From an uncultured Acidobacteriota bacterium (lineage in GTDB: Bacteria > Acidobacteriota > Vicinamibacteria > Vicinamibacterales > Vicinamibacteraceae): a stretch of 64,000 nucleotides of DNA. The DNA is taken from positions 7,387-71,386 of the forward strand of contig CAVQRQ010000012.1 of assembly GCA_963715265.1 (NCBI GenBank), given 5' to 3'. Under the pieces are notes generated by a model that made no database searches, was not told the origin of the DNA, and was given only the letters and a program-made list of their open reading frames with translations. Shown here one piece after another: positions 1 to 9,574 of this stretch (positions within the stretch are counted from its first letter, which is position 1; every line of letters begins with the position of its first letter). The position numbers were made by a program, and so were the translations under genes.

Positions 1-636
1 GGCGAACCGCATGATCGTCGACCCGCGCGCGCCCTGCTGCTGGCGCCAGTTGCGGTGGATGATCTGCAGCATCTCCTCGACGTACGCCGGGCAACAGAAG
101 TTGCCCAGGTTGATCTGACCACCGGTCCCACCCCCGCCCGTGGACAGCCCGATGCTGTCGCTGACGGCTCCGGTGTCGGCCCGCGCCTGCCCCTCGGTGA
201 CGCGCGCGCCCGTCGATGGCGCCTTGGCGCGGCCCTGGTCGGTGGCCGTCTGCGGCGGCGTGACCGGACGCGGCGCCTGCTTCGGCGCAGACTGCGTCGG
301 CACGGTCATGTCCGGAACACGAGCGGCCGGCGGCGCGGTCGGCGCGGGCGTCTCCTCCGGCTTGGGCGGGACGGCCTGCTGCACCGGGCGACCGGACATC
401 GCCGTCAGCCCGCCCGCCCTCGGGCCGGGCGCGCCACCGAGGCTGATGGTCATCACCGTCCGGGGCTCGGTGTCGCGCGTGCGCCAGGACGACGGCGTGG
501 CCGCAACGACAGCGATGACCGCCACGTGCGCCAGCAGCGACAGGCCGACCATCCGTTTGAATCCGTCAGGACTCGTGCTCCGGGCCGCGCCACCGGGGGC
601 ATGGGCCAGCGCGAATGTGGGGGCAGGAGTGGCCAT
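1..636 (-). CDS. TolA/TonB-family energy transducer (3' end truncated by the window edge)
   Basis: Manual translation from ATG 636 gives MATPAPTF..., one TM helix (MVGLSLLAHVAVIAVV), a Pro-rich linker and the start of a TonB-C-like domain (FCCPAYVEEMLQIIHRNW). It lies downstream of tolR/tolQ and is missing from the ORF track because no stop falls in the window. Confidence 0.8.
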   Translation of the reverse strand, partial: MATPAPTFALAHAPGGAARSTSPDGFKRMVGLSLLAHVAVIAVVAATPSSWRTRDTEPRTVMTISLGGAPGPRAGGLTAMSGRPVQQAVPPKPEETPAPTAPPAARVPDMTVPTQSAPKQAPRPVTPPQTATDQGRAKAPSTGARVTEGQARADTGAVSDSIGLSTGGGGTGGQINLGNFCCPAYVEEMLQIIHRNWRQQQGARGSTIMRFA

Positions 637-642
637 GGACCG

Positions 643-1107
643 CTACCGCTCCCCCGGGAGGCGAGACACGAGTCCGACCTTTTCCACGCCGCCAGCCTTC
701 AGGGCGTCCATGACGGTCATCGTCTGCTGGACGGTCACGGCACCGTCAGCGCGCAGGTAGACGGACTTGTCGGTCCGCCCCTGCATGGCCTGCCGCATCC
801 GCTCGCCGAGCACGTCCACGCGGATGAATTCCTCGTCCAACTGGACCCTGCGGTCCTCGCCGAACGAGATCGGAATCGTGACGAAGATCCGCTCCGTGCT
901 CAGGTTCTGCGAGCGCCGGGCCACGGGCAGGTTCACGTCGAGGCCGCGCGTCATCATCGGTGCCGCCACCATGAAGATGATGAGCAGCACCAGCATCACG
1001 TCCACCAGCGGGACAACGTTGATCTCGGCCAGCGCCGTGGCCGCCACCATCCGTCCACGCCGCCCGCGTCCCATCCCGCCTCCGCCGGCTGCCTGTACTT
1101 TGGGCAT
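643..1107 (-). CDS. tolR: TolR/ExbD biopolymer transport protein
   Basis: AEINVVPLVDVMLVLLIIFMV and VYLRAD motifs. Confidence 0.9.
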   Translation of the reverse strand: MPKVQAAGGGGMGRGRRGRMVAATALAEINVVPLVDVMLVLLIIFMVAAPMMTRGLDVNLPVARRSQNLSTERIFVTIPISFGEDRRVQLDEEFIRVDVLGERMRQAMQGRTDKSVYLRADGAVTVQQTMTVMDALKAGGVEKVGLVSRLPGER

Positions 1108-1128
1108 CTGGTCGTGCCTGGAACGCGC

Positions 1129-1884
1129 CTAGGTGAAGTTCCGCTCGGAGATGTTGAGGAATTCCAGTGAGAAGTCCTCCATCGCCGCGGCGAACCCGCG
1201 CACCTTGCTCGTGAAGTGGTTGTAGAAGTAGACCGCCGGAATCGCGGCGAACAGGCCTGCAGCGGTCGCAATGAGCGCCGACGCGATACCAGGGGCCACG
1301 ACCGCCAGGTTCGAGGACCCGACGGCCCCGATGGCCTGGAACGCCGTCATGATGCCCCAGACCGTCCCGAACAACCCGATGAACGGGGTGATGCTCGCCG
1401 TTGTCGCCAGGAATCCCACGCGCTCCTCGAGCTTCGCCAACTCGGTGCCGCTCGCGCGCAACAGCGCCCGATCCACGGCATCGAGACTCTTGAGCGTTGG
1501 ACGCGCGCCGGCGGCCGCCGGCTTGTCGCCCGTGGTGCCTCGCAGTTGCGTATTCAGTTCGCCGTAGCCAGCCTGGAACAGCCCGACGAGCGGGCTCTCC
1601 GCCAGCGTCCGACAGACGGCCTGCACCTCTGAGAACTTGCTACTCCGGCGAAAGACGTCCAGGAACTGCCGCGTCTGGGACTCCGCACGGCGGAACGCCC
1701 ACGCCTTGTACGCGACGATGCCCCACGAGAGGACGGAGAAGAGGATGAGGAGAGCGAGGACGAGCTGCTCGACGAGCCCGGTTCGCGTGACGAGGGAAAT
1801 GACGTCAGTCGCCGTTTCCGCGGTCTCTGCCGCGGGTTCGGCAAGCTCCTGCAGGGCAAGAGCCCACACCCAGAGCGTCTGCAA
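1129..1884 (-). CDS. tolQ: TolQ/ExbB/MotA proton channel protein
   Basis: FLATTASITPFIGLFGTVWGIM and VVAPGIASALIATAAGLFAAIPAV motifs; TTG start at 1884 with GGAGG 5 nt upstream. Confidence 0.9.
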   Translation of the reverse strand: MQTLWVWALALQELAEPAAETAETATDVISLVTRTGLVEQLVLALLILFSVLSWGIVAYKAWAFRRAESQTRQFLDVFRRSSKFSEVQAVCRTLAESPLVGLFQAGYGELNTQLRGTTGDKPAAAGARPTLKSLDAVDRALLRASGTELAKLEERVGFLATTASITPFIGLFGTVWGIMTAFQAIGAVGSSNLAVVAPGIASALIATAAGLFAAIPAVYFYNHFTSKVRGFAAAMEDFSLEFLNISERNFT

Positions 1885-2042
1885 ACAGGCCTCCGCTATG
1901 CATGATCGGTGCGCCGCTGGGAAGGCGCGAACGTGACAGCCTACCACGTGCCGAAAATATGCGTCAACTCTATGATATCGTGGCAGTTCTGGCCATTCGA
2001 CCCGGCCGCCTGCCGCGCGTGCCGGCCCTGCGCGTTCCGACC

Positions 2043-3806
2043 ATGATCCGCTTCATCAGCATCCGCCAGCTCGCGGTCATCGAGGCGCTCGACCTGTCCC
2101 TCGACGAGGGGCTGACCGTCCTGACGGGCGAAACCGGCGCCGGCAAGTCCGTCCTCGTCGAGGGGATCGGCCTCCTGCTGGGTGGCCGCGCGTCGGCGGA
2201 CATGGTCCGGACCGGGGCGGGCGCCGCGACGGTCCAGGCCATCATCGCCACCCCCGACGGTGCCGAGGTCGTCGTGCGCCGCGAGGTGTCGGCCGAGGGG
2301 CGATCCCGCGCCTTCATCGACGACGTCCTCGTGACCGCGACGACAATGCGCGAGCGCGTGTCCGCGTGGGTCGACCTCCATGGGCAGCACGAGCACCAGA
2401 CCCTCCAGGTGCCGGACACCCACCTCGACCTGCTCGATCGAGTCGCTGGCCTTCTGCCCGCGCGCGCCGAGGTCTCCCGGGCCCATGCCGACTGGACCGC
2501 GGCTCGCGATGCCCTTGCCGCATCCCAGATGGATGCGCGCGAGCGGGCGGCACGGATCGACCTGCTGACGTTTCAGCTTGGCGAGATCGCCCGTATCCAG
2601 CCCGAAGTCGACGAAGACGCGCGCCTGGCTGCCACACGGCAGGTGCTGGCCAATGCCGAGCGCCTGCAGCGCCTCGGGCACGAGGCCTACCAGGCGCTGT
2701 ACGACGGCGAACACGCCGCCCTCCAGTCACTGTCGGTGGTCTGGAAGCGTCTGGACGACCTTGCGCTCGTGGATCCGTCGGTGCAGCCGTACGCGGCGCT
2801 CCGCGAGGGCGTCAAGGCGCAACTCGACGACCTGGCTTTCTTCCTCCGTCAGTACGTGTCGTCGATCGAGGCGTCCCCGGAGCGCTTGCAGGAGGTGGAA
2901 GACAGGCTCGCAAGCCTCGAGCGCCTCAAGCGCAAGTACGGCCCGGCACTCGACGATGTGCGGGCACATCAGCAGGCACTGGCCGACCAACTCGCGGCCC
3001 TCCAGCAACCCGAGGGGCAACTGTCAGCGTTGCAGGCTGCCGTCGACGCCTCGTCGAAGTCCTACCTGTCGAGGGCGCTCGCCCTGTCGGCGGCCCGTCG
3101 TCAGGCGGCCACACCGTTCGCGGCGAGACTTCGGGACGAACTGGCCGACCTCGCGATGCCGCACGCCGAGGTCGGATTCCGCTTCCAGGACGGGGCAGGG
3201 GCGGGGGCGGGGGAGTGGACGTCCACAGGCATCGACAGGGTCGAATTGCTCCTGTCGGCCAACCCGGGAGAGACGCCCAGGCCTCTCTCCCGCGTGGCGT
3301 CCGGCGGCGAACTCTCCCGGGTCATGCTGGCGGTCAAGGTGCTCGACACCCCAGAGGCCGAGGGGCGGACCTTGATCTTCGACGAGGTGGACGCCGGGAT
3401 CGGGGGGCGGGTGGCCGATGCGGTCGGCGCCAGACTGCGAGCCCTCAGCTCCAAGGCGCAGGTGCTGTGCGTGACGCACCTGCCGCAGGTGGCCTCCTAC
3501 GCCGCCGCGCACATCCACATCAGCAAGCGGGTGGCGGATGGACGCACGTTGACGTCCGCGACACACCTGCACGGCCACGAGCGCGTCGAAGAGGTCGCCC
3601 GCATGATGGCGGGGGACACCTCGGCCCCGCTCCTCGAGGGAGCCCGAGCCCTCCTGGCATCGAAAGTGGCCGCCGAAGCCGCGGCCGGCACTGGCAGCTC
3701 GCCTGAAGGCGAAAGCGAAAGCGAACGCCTTGCGAAAGGCGAAAGCGAAAGTGCGGCGCGCGAGGGCCGCAGAGGCAGGGGACGTGGCTCGAAAATATCT
3801 GGTTGA
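2043..3806 (+). CDS. recN: DNA repair protein RecN
   Basis: Walker A TGETGAGKS, signature SGGELSR, Walker B IFDEVDAG, VTHLPQVA. Confidence 0.95.
   Translation: MIRFISIRQLAVIEALDLSLDEGLTVLTGETGAGKSVLVEGIGLLLGGRASADMVRTGAGAATVQAIIATPDGAEVVVRREVSAEGRSRAFIDDVLVTATTMRERVSAWVDLHGQHEHQTLQVPDTHLDLLDRVAGLLPARAEVSRAHADWTAARDALAASQMDARERAARIDLLTFQLGEIARIQPEVDEDARLAATRQVLANAERLQRLGHEAYQALYDGEHAALQSLSVVWKRLDDLALVDPSVQPYAALREGVKAQLDDLAFFLRQYVSSIEASPERLQEVEDRLASLERLKRKYGPALDDVRAHQQALADQLAALQQPEGQLSALQAAVDASSKSYLSRALALSAARRQAATPFAARLRDELADLAMPHAEVGFRFQDGAGAGAGEWTSTGIDRVELLLSANPGETPRPLSRVASGGELSRVMLAVKVLDTPEAEGRTLIFDEVDAGIGGRVADAVGARLRALSSKAQVLCVTHLPQVASYAAAHIHISKRVADGRTLTSATHLHGHERVEEVARMMAGDTSAPLLEGARALLASKVAAEAAAGTGSSPEGESESERLAKGESESAAREGRRGRGRGSKISG
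3706..3751 (+). repeat. Perfect 16-bp direct repeat AAGGCGAAAGCGAAAG x2 (30-bp period) inside the recN 3' end
   Basis: Copies at 3706-3721 and 3736-3751, built from GCGAAA hexamers. Confidence 0.9.
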
Positions 3807-5118
3807 GGCATACGGCTGTCAGATGAACATGCACGACGGCGAGCGGCTCGCCGGCCTGCTCGAGGCCGCCGGTCTCGAAGCGACGGCCGACCCAGCCGAC
3901 GCCGATGTCATCGTCATCAACACGTGCAGTGTTCGCGAGCGGGCCGAGGACAAGCTGTTCACGCGACTGGGCGAGTTTCGAGACGCGGCACGGGCGGTCG
4001 GCCACACGCCGGTCATCGCGGTCACCGGCTGCGTCGCGCAACAGGAGGGCGCGGCGCTCCTTCGCCGCTCCAAGCTCATCGACATCGTGGTCGGCACCCA
4101 GCGCATCCGGCAACTGCCAATGCTCGTGACGCGCGCCCTGGATGAACCCATCGGCCCGCAGATCGATATCAACCCTCACGAGGACGTCTCGTTTCCGCTC
4201 GGCGTCGCGCGGCGAGGCGACACCGTCAAGGCCTACGTCAACATCATCGAAGGCTGCAACGAGTTCTGCGCGTTCTGTGTGGTGCCATACACGCGAGGCC
4301 ATGAGCGCATGCGTCCTGCCGCCGAAATCATCGCGGAGGTGCGCGAGGCGGCCGTTCGGGGACATCGCGAGATCCAGTTGCTCGGTCAGATCGTGAATCA
4401 CTACCAGGCCCCCGACGACAGCACCTGCGACTTTGCCGGCCTGCTCGAGCGAGTCCACGAGGTGAGTGGTGTGGAACGCATCCGATTTGCCAGCCCCCAC
4501 CCTCGCCACGTCACGACACGCCTGATCGAGGCCTACAGAGCGCTGCCGAAGGTGTGTCGCCACCTGCACTTGCCCGTGCAGTCCGGCTCCACTCGGGTGC
4601 TCGCGGCGATGCGTCGCCGGTATTCCCGGGAGCGCTACCTCGAGATCATCGGGGAGGTCCGCAGCGCGATTCCCGACATCCAGTTGTCGACGGACATGAT
4701 CGTGGGATTCCCCGGCGAGACCAGCGAGGATTTCGATGAGACGCTGAGCCTGACCGCGGCTGTGCGGTACCACAGCATGTTCAGCTTCAAGTACTCCCCG
4801 CGCCCGCGCACCCTCGCCATCAAGCGGATGCCAGACGATGTGCCCGAGGAGGAGAAGACGCGCCGGATCGTCGAGTTGCAGGCGCTGCAGCGGGAGATCC
4901 AGCACGACCTGCACCAGCGCGCCGTTGGGACTGTCGAGCGGGTGCTCGTGGATTCGACGAGCCGCCGGCGCTCCCACGAGTTGTCCGGCAGGACCGGTGG
5001 GAACACCGTCGTCAACTTCCCTGGGGATCCGGCATGGCTCGGCCGGCTGGCCGACGTCCGCATCACCGCCGCGGGGCCCAACAGCGTTCGCGGCGACGTG
5101 GTACACGTGGAGGCATGA
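3784..5118 (+). CDS. miaB: tRNA-2-methylthio-N6-dimethylallyladenosine synthase MiaB
   Basis: N-terminal GCQMN and NTCSVRE, radical SAM motif CNEFCAFC, C-terminal TRAM domain; GTG start at 3784 inferred. Confidence 0.95.
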   Translation: MARKYLVEAYGCQMNMHDGERLAGLLEAAGLEATADPADADVIVINTCSVRERAEDKLFTRLGEFRDAARAVGHTPVIAVTGCVAQQEGAALLRRSKLIDIVVGTQRIRQLPMLVTRALDEPIGPQIDINPHEDVSFPLGVARRGDTVKAYVNIIEGCNEFCAFCVVPYTRGHERMRPAAEIIAEVREAAVRGHREIQLLGQIVNHYQAPDDSTCDFAGLLERVHEVSGVERIRFASPHPRHVTTRLIEAYRALPKVCRHLHLPVQSGSTRVLAAMRRRYSRERYLEIIGEVRSAIPDIQLSTDMIVGFPGETSEDFDETLSLTAAVRYHSMFSFKYSPRPRTLAIKRMPDDVPEEEKTRRIVELQALQREIQHDLHQRAVGTVERVLVDSTSRRRSHELSGRTGGNTVVNFPGDPAWLGRLADVRITAAGPNSVRGDVVHVEA

Positions 5119-5597
5119 TGCCCGTTCGAATGCTCATCAAGGGACTGATGATGGACCCTGTCACGAACATGCCCATCCTCGTGCTCAGGGACGCCGAGGA
5201 GCGGACCCTGCCCATCTGGATCGGCATGTTCGAGGCCCATGCCGTGGCATTGCACCTCGAGAACAGCCTCCCGTCGCGGCCGATGACGCACGATCTCCTG
5301 AAGCAGGCCATCGAGGCGCTCGGCGCCAGGGTCAGCGAGGTCCACATCACGGACGTCAGGGACGGCACGTTCTACGCCATGGTCTATCTGCTGGCCCAGG
5401 GCGAGGTCGTCGCCATCGACGCACGCCCGTCCGACGCACTCGCGCTCGCCCTGCGCGCGCATGCTCCCGTGTACGTCGCCGAGCACGTCCTGGCCGACGC
5501 CAGGCCGCTGGACACGCCCACACCTCAGGACACGGAGCGGCTGCAGCATTGGCTCGAGAGCCTCGATCCGGACGAGATGGGAAAGTACAAGATGTGA
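5115..5597 (+). CDS. Bifunctional nuclease family protein (DUF151)
   Basis: LPIWIG, RPMTHDL and DARPSDALALALR motifs; ATGA overlap with the miaB stop. Confidence 0.9.
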   Translation: MMPVRMLIKGLMMDPVTNMPILVLRDAEERTLPIWIGMFEAHAVALHLENSLPSRPMTHDLLKQAIEALGARVSEVHITDVRDGTFYAMVYLLAQGEVVAIDARPSDALALALRAHAPVYVAEHVLADARPLDTPTPQDTERLQHWLESLDPDEMGKYKM

Positions 5598-5643
5598 TCG
5601 GGAGGCCTTCCCGTAGAATGCGCAAGGGCACAACCGACCACCG

Positions 5644-6402
5644 ATGATCCTGGCCATCGCCAATCAGAAGGGCGGCGTGGGGAAGACCACGACCGCCATC
5701 AACCTCGCTGCCGCTCTGGCCCTGCGTGGGAAACCGACGCTGCTGGTGGACCTGGACCCGCAGGCCAACAGCACGATGTCGTTCCTCGACATGGGTACCG
5801 TCGGGCCGAACATGTTCGAAGCCATGACGGGCGAGGGCGGGGCGACGCTCTCGGCGGTCGTCAGGCCGACGACCCAGCCGCACCTCAGCATCGCACCAGC
5901 CCGCATCGCGCTCGCGAAGCTCGAGGCCAAGCTCGTTGGCGAGCTCGACGCGCACTTCCGACTCAAGGAGAAGCTCGCACCTCTCGAGTCCGAGTACCCG
6001 TACATCGTCATCGATTGCCCGCCCACGCTCGGCCTGTTGACGGTCAACGCGCTCGTCGCGGCTTCGCACCTGGTCGTGCCGATCCAGTCGTCGTACTTTG
6101 CCCTGGAGGGCACCGACGACCTGTTGGAGACGGTGGGGAAGGTGCAGATCCGCGCCAATCCCACCCTCCAGGTGCTGGGTGTGCTGATTACCATGCACGA
6201 TCGCCGCACCAGCCTGGCGCGTGACATCAGGGAGCAGATTCAGAAAGTGTTCGGTCCGAAGGTGTTCAAAACCGTGATCACGAAAAGTGTCCGGCTCGAG
6301 GAGAGCCCGGCGTACAAGGAATCGATCTTCAGCTTCGCTCCTGACTCGTCCGGGGCATCCGAGTACTACAGCGTCAGCGAGGAGGTCCTCAGTCGTGTCT
6401 AA
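5644..6402 (+). CDS. parA: ParA/Soj-family ATPase
   Basis: Deviant Walker A NQKGGVGKTTT, DLDPQAN, IDCPP. Confidence 0.92.
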   Translation: MILAIANQKGGVGKTTTAINLAAALALRGKPTLLVDLDPQANSTMSFLDMGTVGPNMFEAMTGEGGATLSAVVRPTTQPHLSIAPARIALAKLEAKLVGELDAHFRLKEKLAPLESEYPYIVIDCPPTLGLLTVNALVAASHLVVPIQSSYFALEGTDDLLETVGKVQIRANPTLQVLGVLITMHDRRTSLARDIREQIQKVFGPKVFKTVITKSVRLEESPAYKESIFSFAPDSSGASEYYSVSEEVLSRV

Positions 6403-7282
6403 GCGCGGCCTGCCAGACTCCGTTCGGATGCGTCACGATGCGCACTACGTCGAAACCCTCACCGCTTCGGCAGGCTCGCCGGTAGGGCGGATGATTCCGA
6501 TTGAGCTCATCGACCCCAACCCTCACCAGCCCCGCCAGGTGATGGGCGACCTGACCGAGCTCATCGCCTCGGTCAAGGAGCAGGGCCTGATCGAGCCCAT
6601 CGTCGTCCGCCAGCGCGGCGGGCGATTCCAGATCGTCGCCGGGGAGCGCCGCTACCAGGCCGCCGTGCGGGCAGGCATCGAGGAGTTGCCCGTCGTCATC
6701 CGTGACGTGGACGATGTCGGGATCCTCGAGATAGCCCTCGTCGAGAACATCCAGCGCAAGGACCTGACGGCATTCGAGGAAGCCGAGGCACTCCACGCGC
6801 TGTGCCAGAAGGCCGGCTACACCCACGAAAAGCTCGCGCAGAAGCTCGGCAAGAGCCGGACCGTGATCACGGAGTCCCTCTCGCTGAACCAGATGCCCGA
6901 GCACATCAAGCAGCTTTGTCGGCTGGCCGACATAAGCTCCAAGTCGTTGCTTCTCCAGATAGTTAGGCAGGGCGACCCGGAGAAGATGGCCGCGCTCGCC
7001 GAACAGATCTCGAGCCAGGGCGGCATGACGAGGCAGGAGGTTCGCCAGCAGGTTCCGGCGAAGCACCCCAGGCACGGTCGCCCCAGGCCGTTCACGTTCA
7101 CCTACAAGGCGCCCACGAAGCAGTTCGCGTTTTCCCTGAGCTTCAAGAAGGCCGAGGTCGAGGCAGACGAGGTGATCGCGACCCTCGAGGGCATCCTTGC
7201 CGAGCTCAAGGCCCAACGCTCAGTCGCCGACGTCGCCGGGCGACGCACGGAAGACTCGACACCCGATCTCTTTCAGGAGTAA
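6395..7282 (+). CDS. parB: ParB/Spo0J-family CTPase with a divergent DNA-binding region
   Basis: NPHQPR, GERRYQA (CTP-binding arginine patch), ENIQRKDL, HTH THEKLAQKLGKSRTVITESL; GTG start at 6395 overlaps the parA end. Confidence 0.88.
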   Translation: MSKRGLPDSVRMRHDAHYVETLTASAGSPVGRMIPIELIDPNPHQPRQVMGDLTELIASVKEQGLIEPIVVRQRGGRFQIVAGERRYQAAVRAGIEELPVVIRDVDDVGILEIALVENIQRKDLTAFEEAEALHALCQKAGYTHEKLAQKLGKSRTVITESLSLNQMPEHIKQLCRLADISSKSLLLQIVRQGDPEKMAALAEQISSQGGMTRQEVRQQVPAKHPRHGRPRPFTFTYKAPTKQFAFSLSFKKAEVEADEVIATLEGILAELKAQRSVADVAGRRTEDSTPDLFQE

Positions 7283-7371
7283 CCGCCGGCGGGGAGGTTC
7301 CGGGCAGCACAGGCTCGAAGCCTCCGGAGCACGGCCGGTTGGCGGATTGCTCATCCGTCAGGTTACCTAGT

Positions 7372-7399
7372 AGTTAACATAATGTGTATTATCGGACGT
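7372..7399 (-). other. dif: dif site (XerC/XerD chromosome dimer resolution site)
   Basis: The minus strand reads ACGTCCGATAA-TACACA-TTATGTTAACT (11-6-11). The XerD arm matches E. coli TTATGTTAAAT at 10 of 11 positions. It lies in an AT-rich intergenic patch with xerD about 5 kb away. Confidence 0.88.
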
Positions 7400-7526
7400 T
7401 GACAATACAGAACTATTTTCAGCCTGTTGATGGTCTGTGTGGACCTTCTTCTGTGATTCAACCTAATTCCAGACGCGCGTTCGCGCTCGACCCCGTGACA
7501 AGGGACCGATACGATCGTCAGCGCTC

Positions 7527-9488
7527 ATGGGAATAGCCGCCGACCTCGCCATCGTCATCGTTGCCGGACTGATCGGTGGTCTCGTCGCCCAGGCACTTCG
7601 GCAGCCCCTGATTCTGGGCTACGTCTTCGCCGGCGTGCTCGTGGGCCCGCACTCCATCGGCCGCGCCATCACAAACACTCACGACATCGAACTCCTCGCC
7701 GAGATCGGCGTGGCGTTGCTCTTGTTTGCGCTGGGCCTCGAGTTCTCCCTGAAGGAACTCAAGCCTGTGCGGCGGATTGCCCTCTTCGCCACGCCCATCC
7801 AGGTCGGCCTGACCGTGCTGCTGGGCGTCGGCATGGGCCGGCTGTTCGGCTGGGACGGCATCCCCGCGCTGTGGCTCGGCGCCATGGTCGCGCTCAGCAG
7901 CACGATGGTGACCCTGAAGACCCTCATGGCCCAGGGGCGCATGGGAACGCTGTCGAGCCGGGTCATGATCGGCATCCTCATCGCGCAGGACCTGCTGGTC
8001 GTGCCGATGATGATTCTCCTGCCAACCCTGTCGGATCCCCAGACCGGCGTGCGCACGCTTGGCATCGCCACTGGTAAGGCCATCCTGTTTCTCGCGCTGA
8101 TGGTGATTCTGGGGACGCGACTCCTGCCGCGCCTGATGCGGGCCATCGCCGTGCACCAGTCGCGCGAGCTGTTCCTGCTGGCCATCACGGCCATCGGGCT
8201 CGGAGTCGGCTATGCGACGTACCTCTTTGGCTTGTCGTTCGCCTTCGGCGCGTTCGTGGCTGGGCTGGTCCTGAGCGAGTCCGACTACGCACACCAGGCG
8301 CTGAGCGACATCATTCCGCTGCGCGACGTCTTCGGCATGCTGTTCTTCGCCTCTGTCGGCATGCTGATCGACCCGCGCCTGCTGTTCCAGACCGGTGGAC
8401 AGGTCGTCGTGCTGTTGCTGGCGGTCCTCATCGGCAAATCGCTGATTGTCGGCGGATTGTCGTATGCCTTCGGCTATCGCAACGTGGTGCCGCTCGCCGT
8501 GGGTCTCGGACTCTGGCAGGTGGGTGAGTTTGCGTTCGTCCTCGGGCGCGTCGGTCTGAGCACCGGCGCCCTGACGGCTGACGCCTTCACCCTGGTCCTC
8601 AATACGGCAGTGCTGAGCATGGTCCTGACTCCAGCCGTGTCTGGACTGACCGCGCCGATCTACGCATGGTGGCGCCGGCGATCCGACACCGAGCCCCTGC
8701 AGACGATCAACCTGCCGGCAACGGGCCTGCACGACCACGTCGTCATCGTGGGCGGCGGCCGCGTTGGACGCTTCACGTCGTCCTTACTAGGGCGCCTGTC
8801 GCTGCCGGCGGTGCTGATCGAGCTCGACTACCGCCGCTTCGAGCAGGCCAAGGACGACGGGTGTGCGACCATCTTCGGCGACGCCACACAGGCGATCGTG
8901 CTCGAGGCCGCCAACGTGGACCGAGCCCGCCTTGTCCTGGTGACCGTCCCTATCGTGCAGGTCACCGAAGCCATCATCGACCAGGTGCGCCGCATCAATC
9001 CGGACATGCGCATCGTGGCTCGCGCGGAGGGTGCCGAACAGCTCAGGCATCTCCAGCAGAAGGGACTTGCCGAGGTCGTGCAGCCTGAGCTCGAGGCGGG
9101 CCTCGAAATGGTGCGCCAGTCATTGCTGCACATGGACTACGGCGTGACCGAAGTGCACAGGATCGGAACGCAGTTGCGCGAGGAGATGTACGGGCCCCTC
9201 TTCGGACACGACAGCGACTATCAGAAGCTCGTCCAACTCGGTGCGGCAGGTCAGCTCTTCGACTTTGCGTGGGTCGAGGTGGGGGCCATGTCAGCCATGG
9301 ACGGGCATTCGATTGGCGAACTCGCAATCAGATCGCGAACAGGCGCCACCATCATTGCCATCATGCGAGACGGCCGGATGGTGAACAATCCCCCACCTTC
9401 GGAGGTCATCCGGGCCGCCGACCTGCTGGCCATTGCCGGCTCGCCCGACCAACGTCGTGCCGTGCAATCACTGGCCGGACGATCGTGA
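7527..9488 (+). CDS. CPA2-family cation:proton antiporter with TrkA-N and TrkA-C domains
   Basis: Multi-TM N-terminus ([17 protein letters not shown]), Rossmann motif VGGGRVG, C-terminal RCK-C domain. Confidence 0.88.
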   Translation: MGIAADLAIVIVAGLIGGLVAQALRQPLILGYVFAGVLVGPHSIGRAITNTHDIELLAEIGVALLLFALGLEFSLKELKPVRRIALFATPIQVGLTVLLGVGMGRLFGWDGIPALWLGAMVALSSTMVTLKTLMAQGRMGTLSSRVMIGILIAQDLLVVPMMILLPTLSDPQTGVRTLGIATGKAILFLALMVILGTRLLPRLMRAIAVHQSRELFLLAITAIGLGVGYATYLFGLSFAFGAFVAGLVLSESDYAHQALSDIIPLRDVFGMLFFASVGMLIDPRLLFQTGGQVVVLLLAVLIGKSLIVGGLSYAFGYRNVVPLAVGLGLWQVGEFAFVLGRVGLSTGALTADAFTLVLNTAVLSMVLTPAVSGLTAPIYAWWRRRSDTEPLQTINLPATGLHDHVVIVGGGRVGRFTSSLLGRLSLPAVLIELDYRRFEQAKDDGCATIFGDATQAIVLEAANVDRARLVLVTVPIVQVTEAIIDQVRRINPDMRIVARAEGAEQLRHLQQKGLAEVVQPELEAGLEMVRQSLLHMDYGVTEVHRIGTQLREEMYGPLFGHDSDYQKLVQLGAAGQLFDFAWVEVGAMSAMDGHSIGELAIRSRTGATIIAIMRDGRMVNNPPPSEVIRAADLLAIAGSPDQRRAVQSLAGRS

Positions 9489-9574
9489 CCAGTTGGCGTC
9501 GGACTGAAGTTCTGGAATGATCGTCAGATGAGCGTGGCGTCCGGCCGCGCCACCCCCACCGACTACTGCCCCGC

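Noticed and set aside
7400-7480. AT-rich stretch next to parB considered as oriC
   Set aside because: There is no good TTATCCACA box (the best matches have about 3 mismatches) and no dnaA or dnaN in the window; the dif match explains part of the AT-richness.
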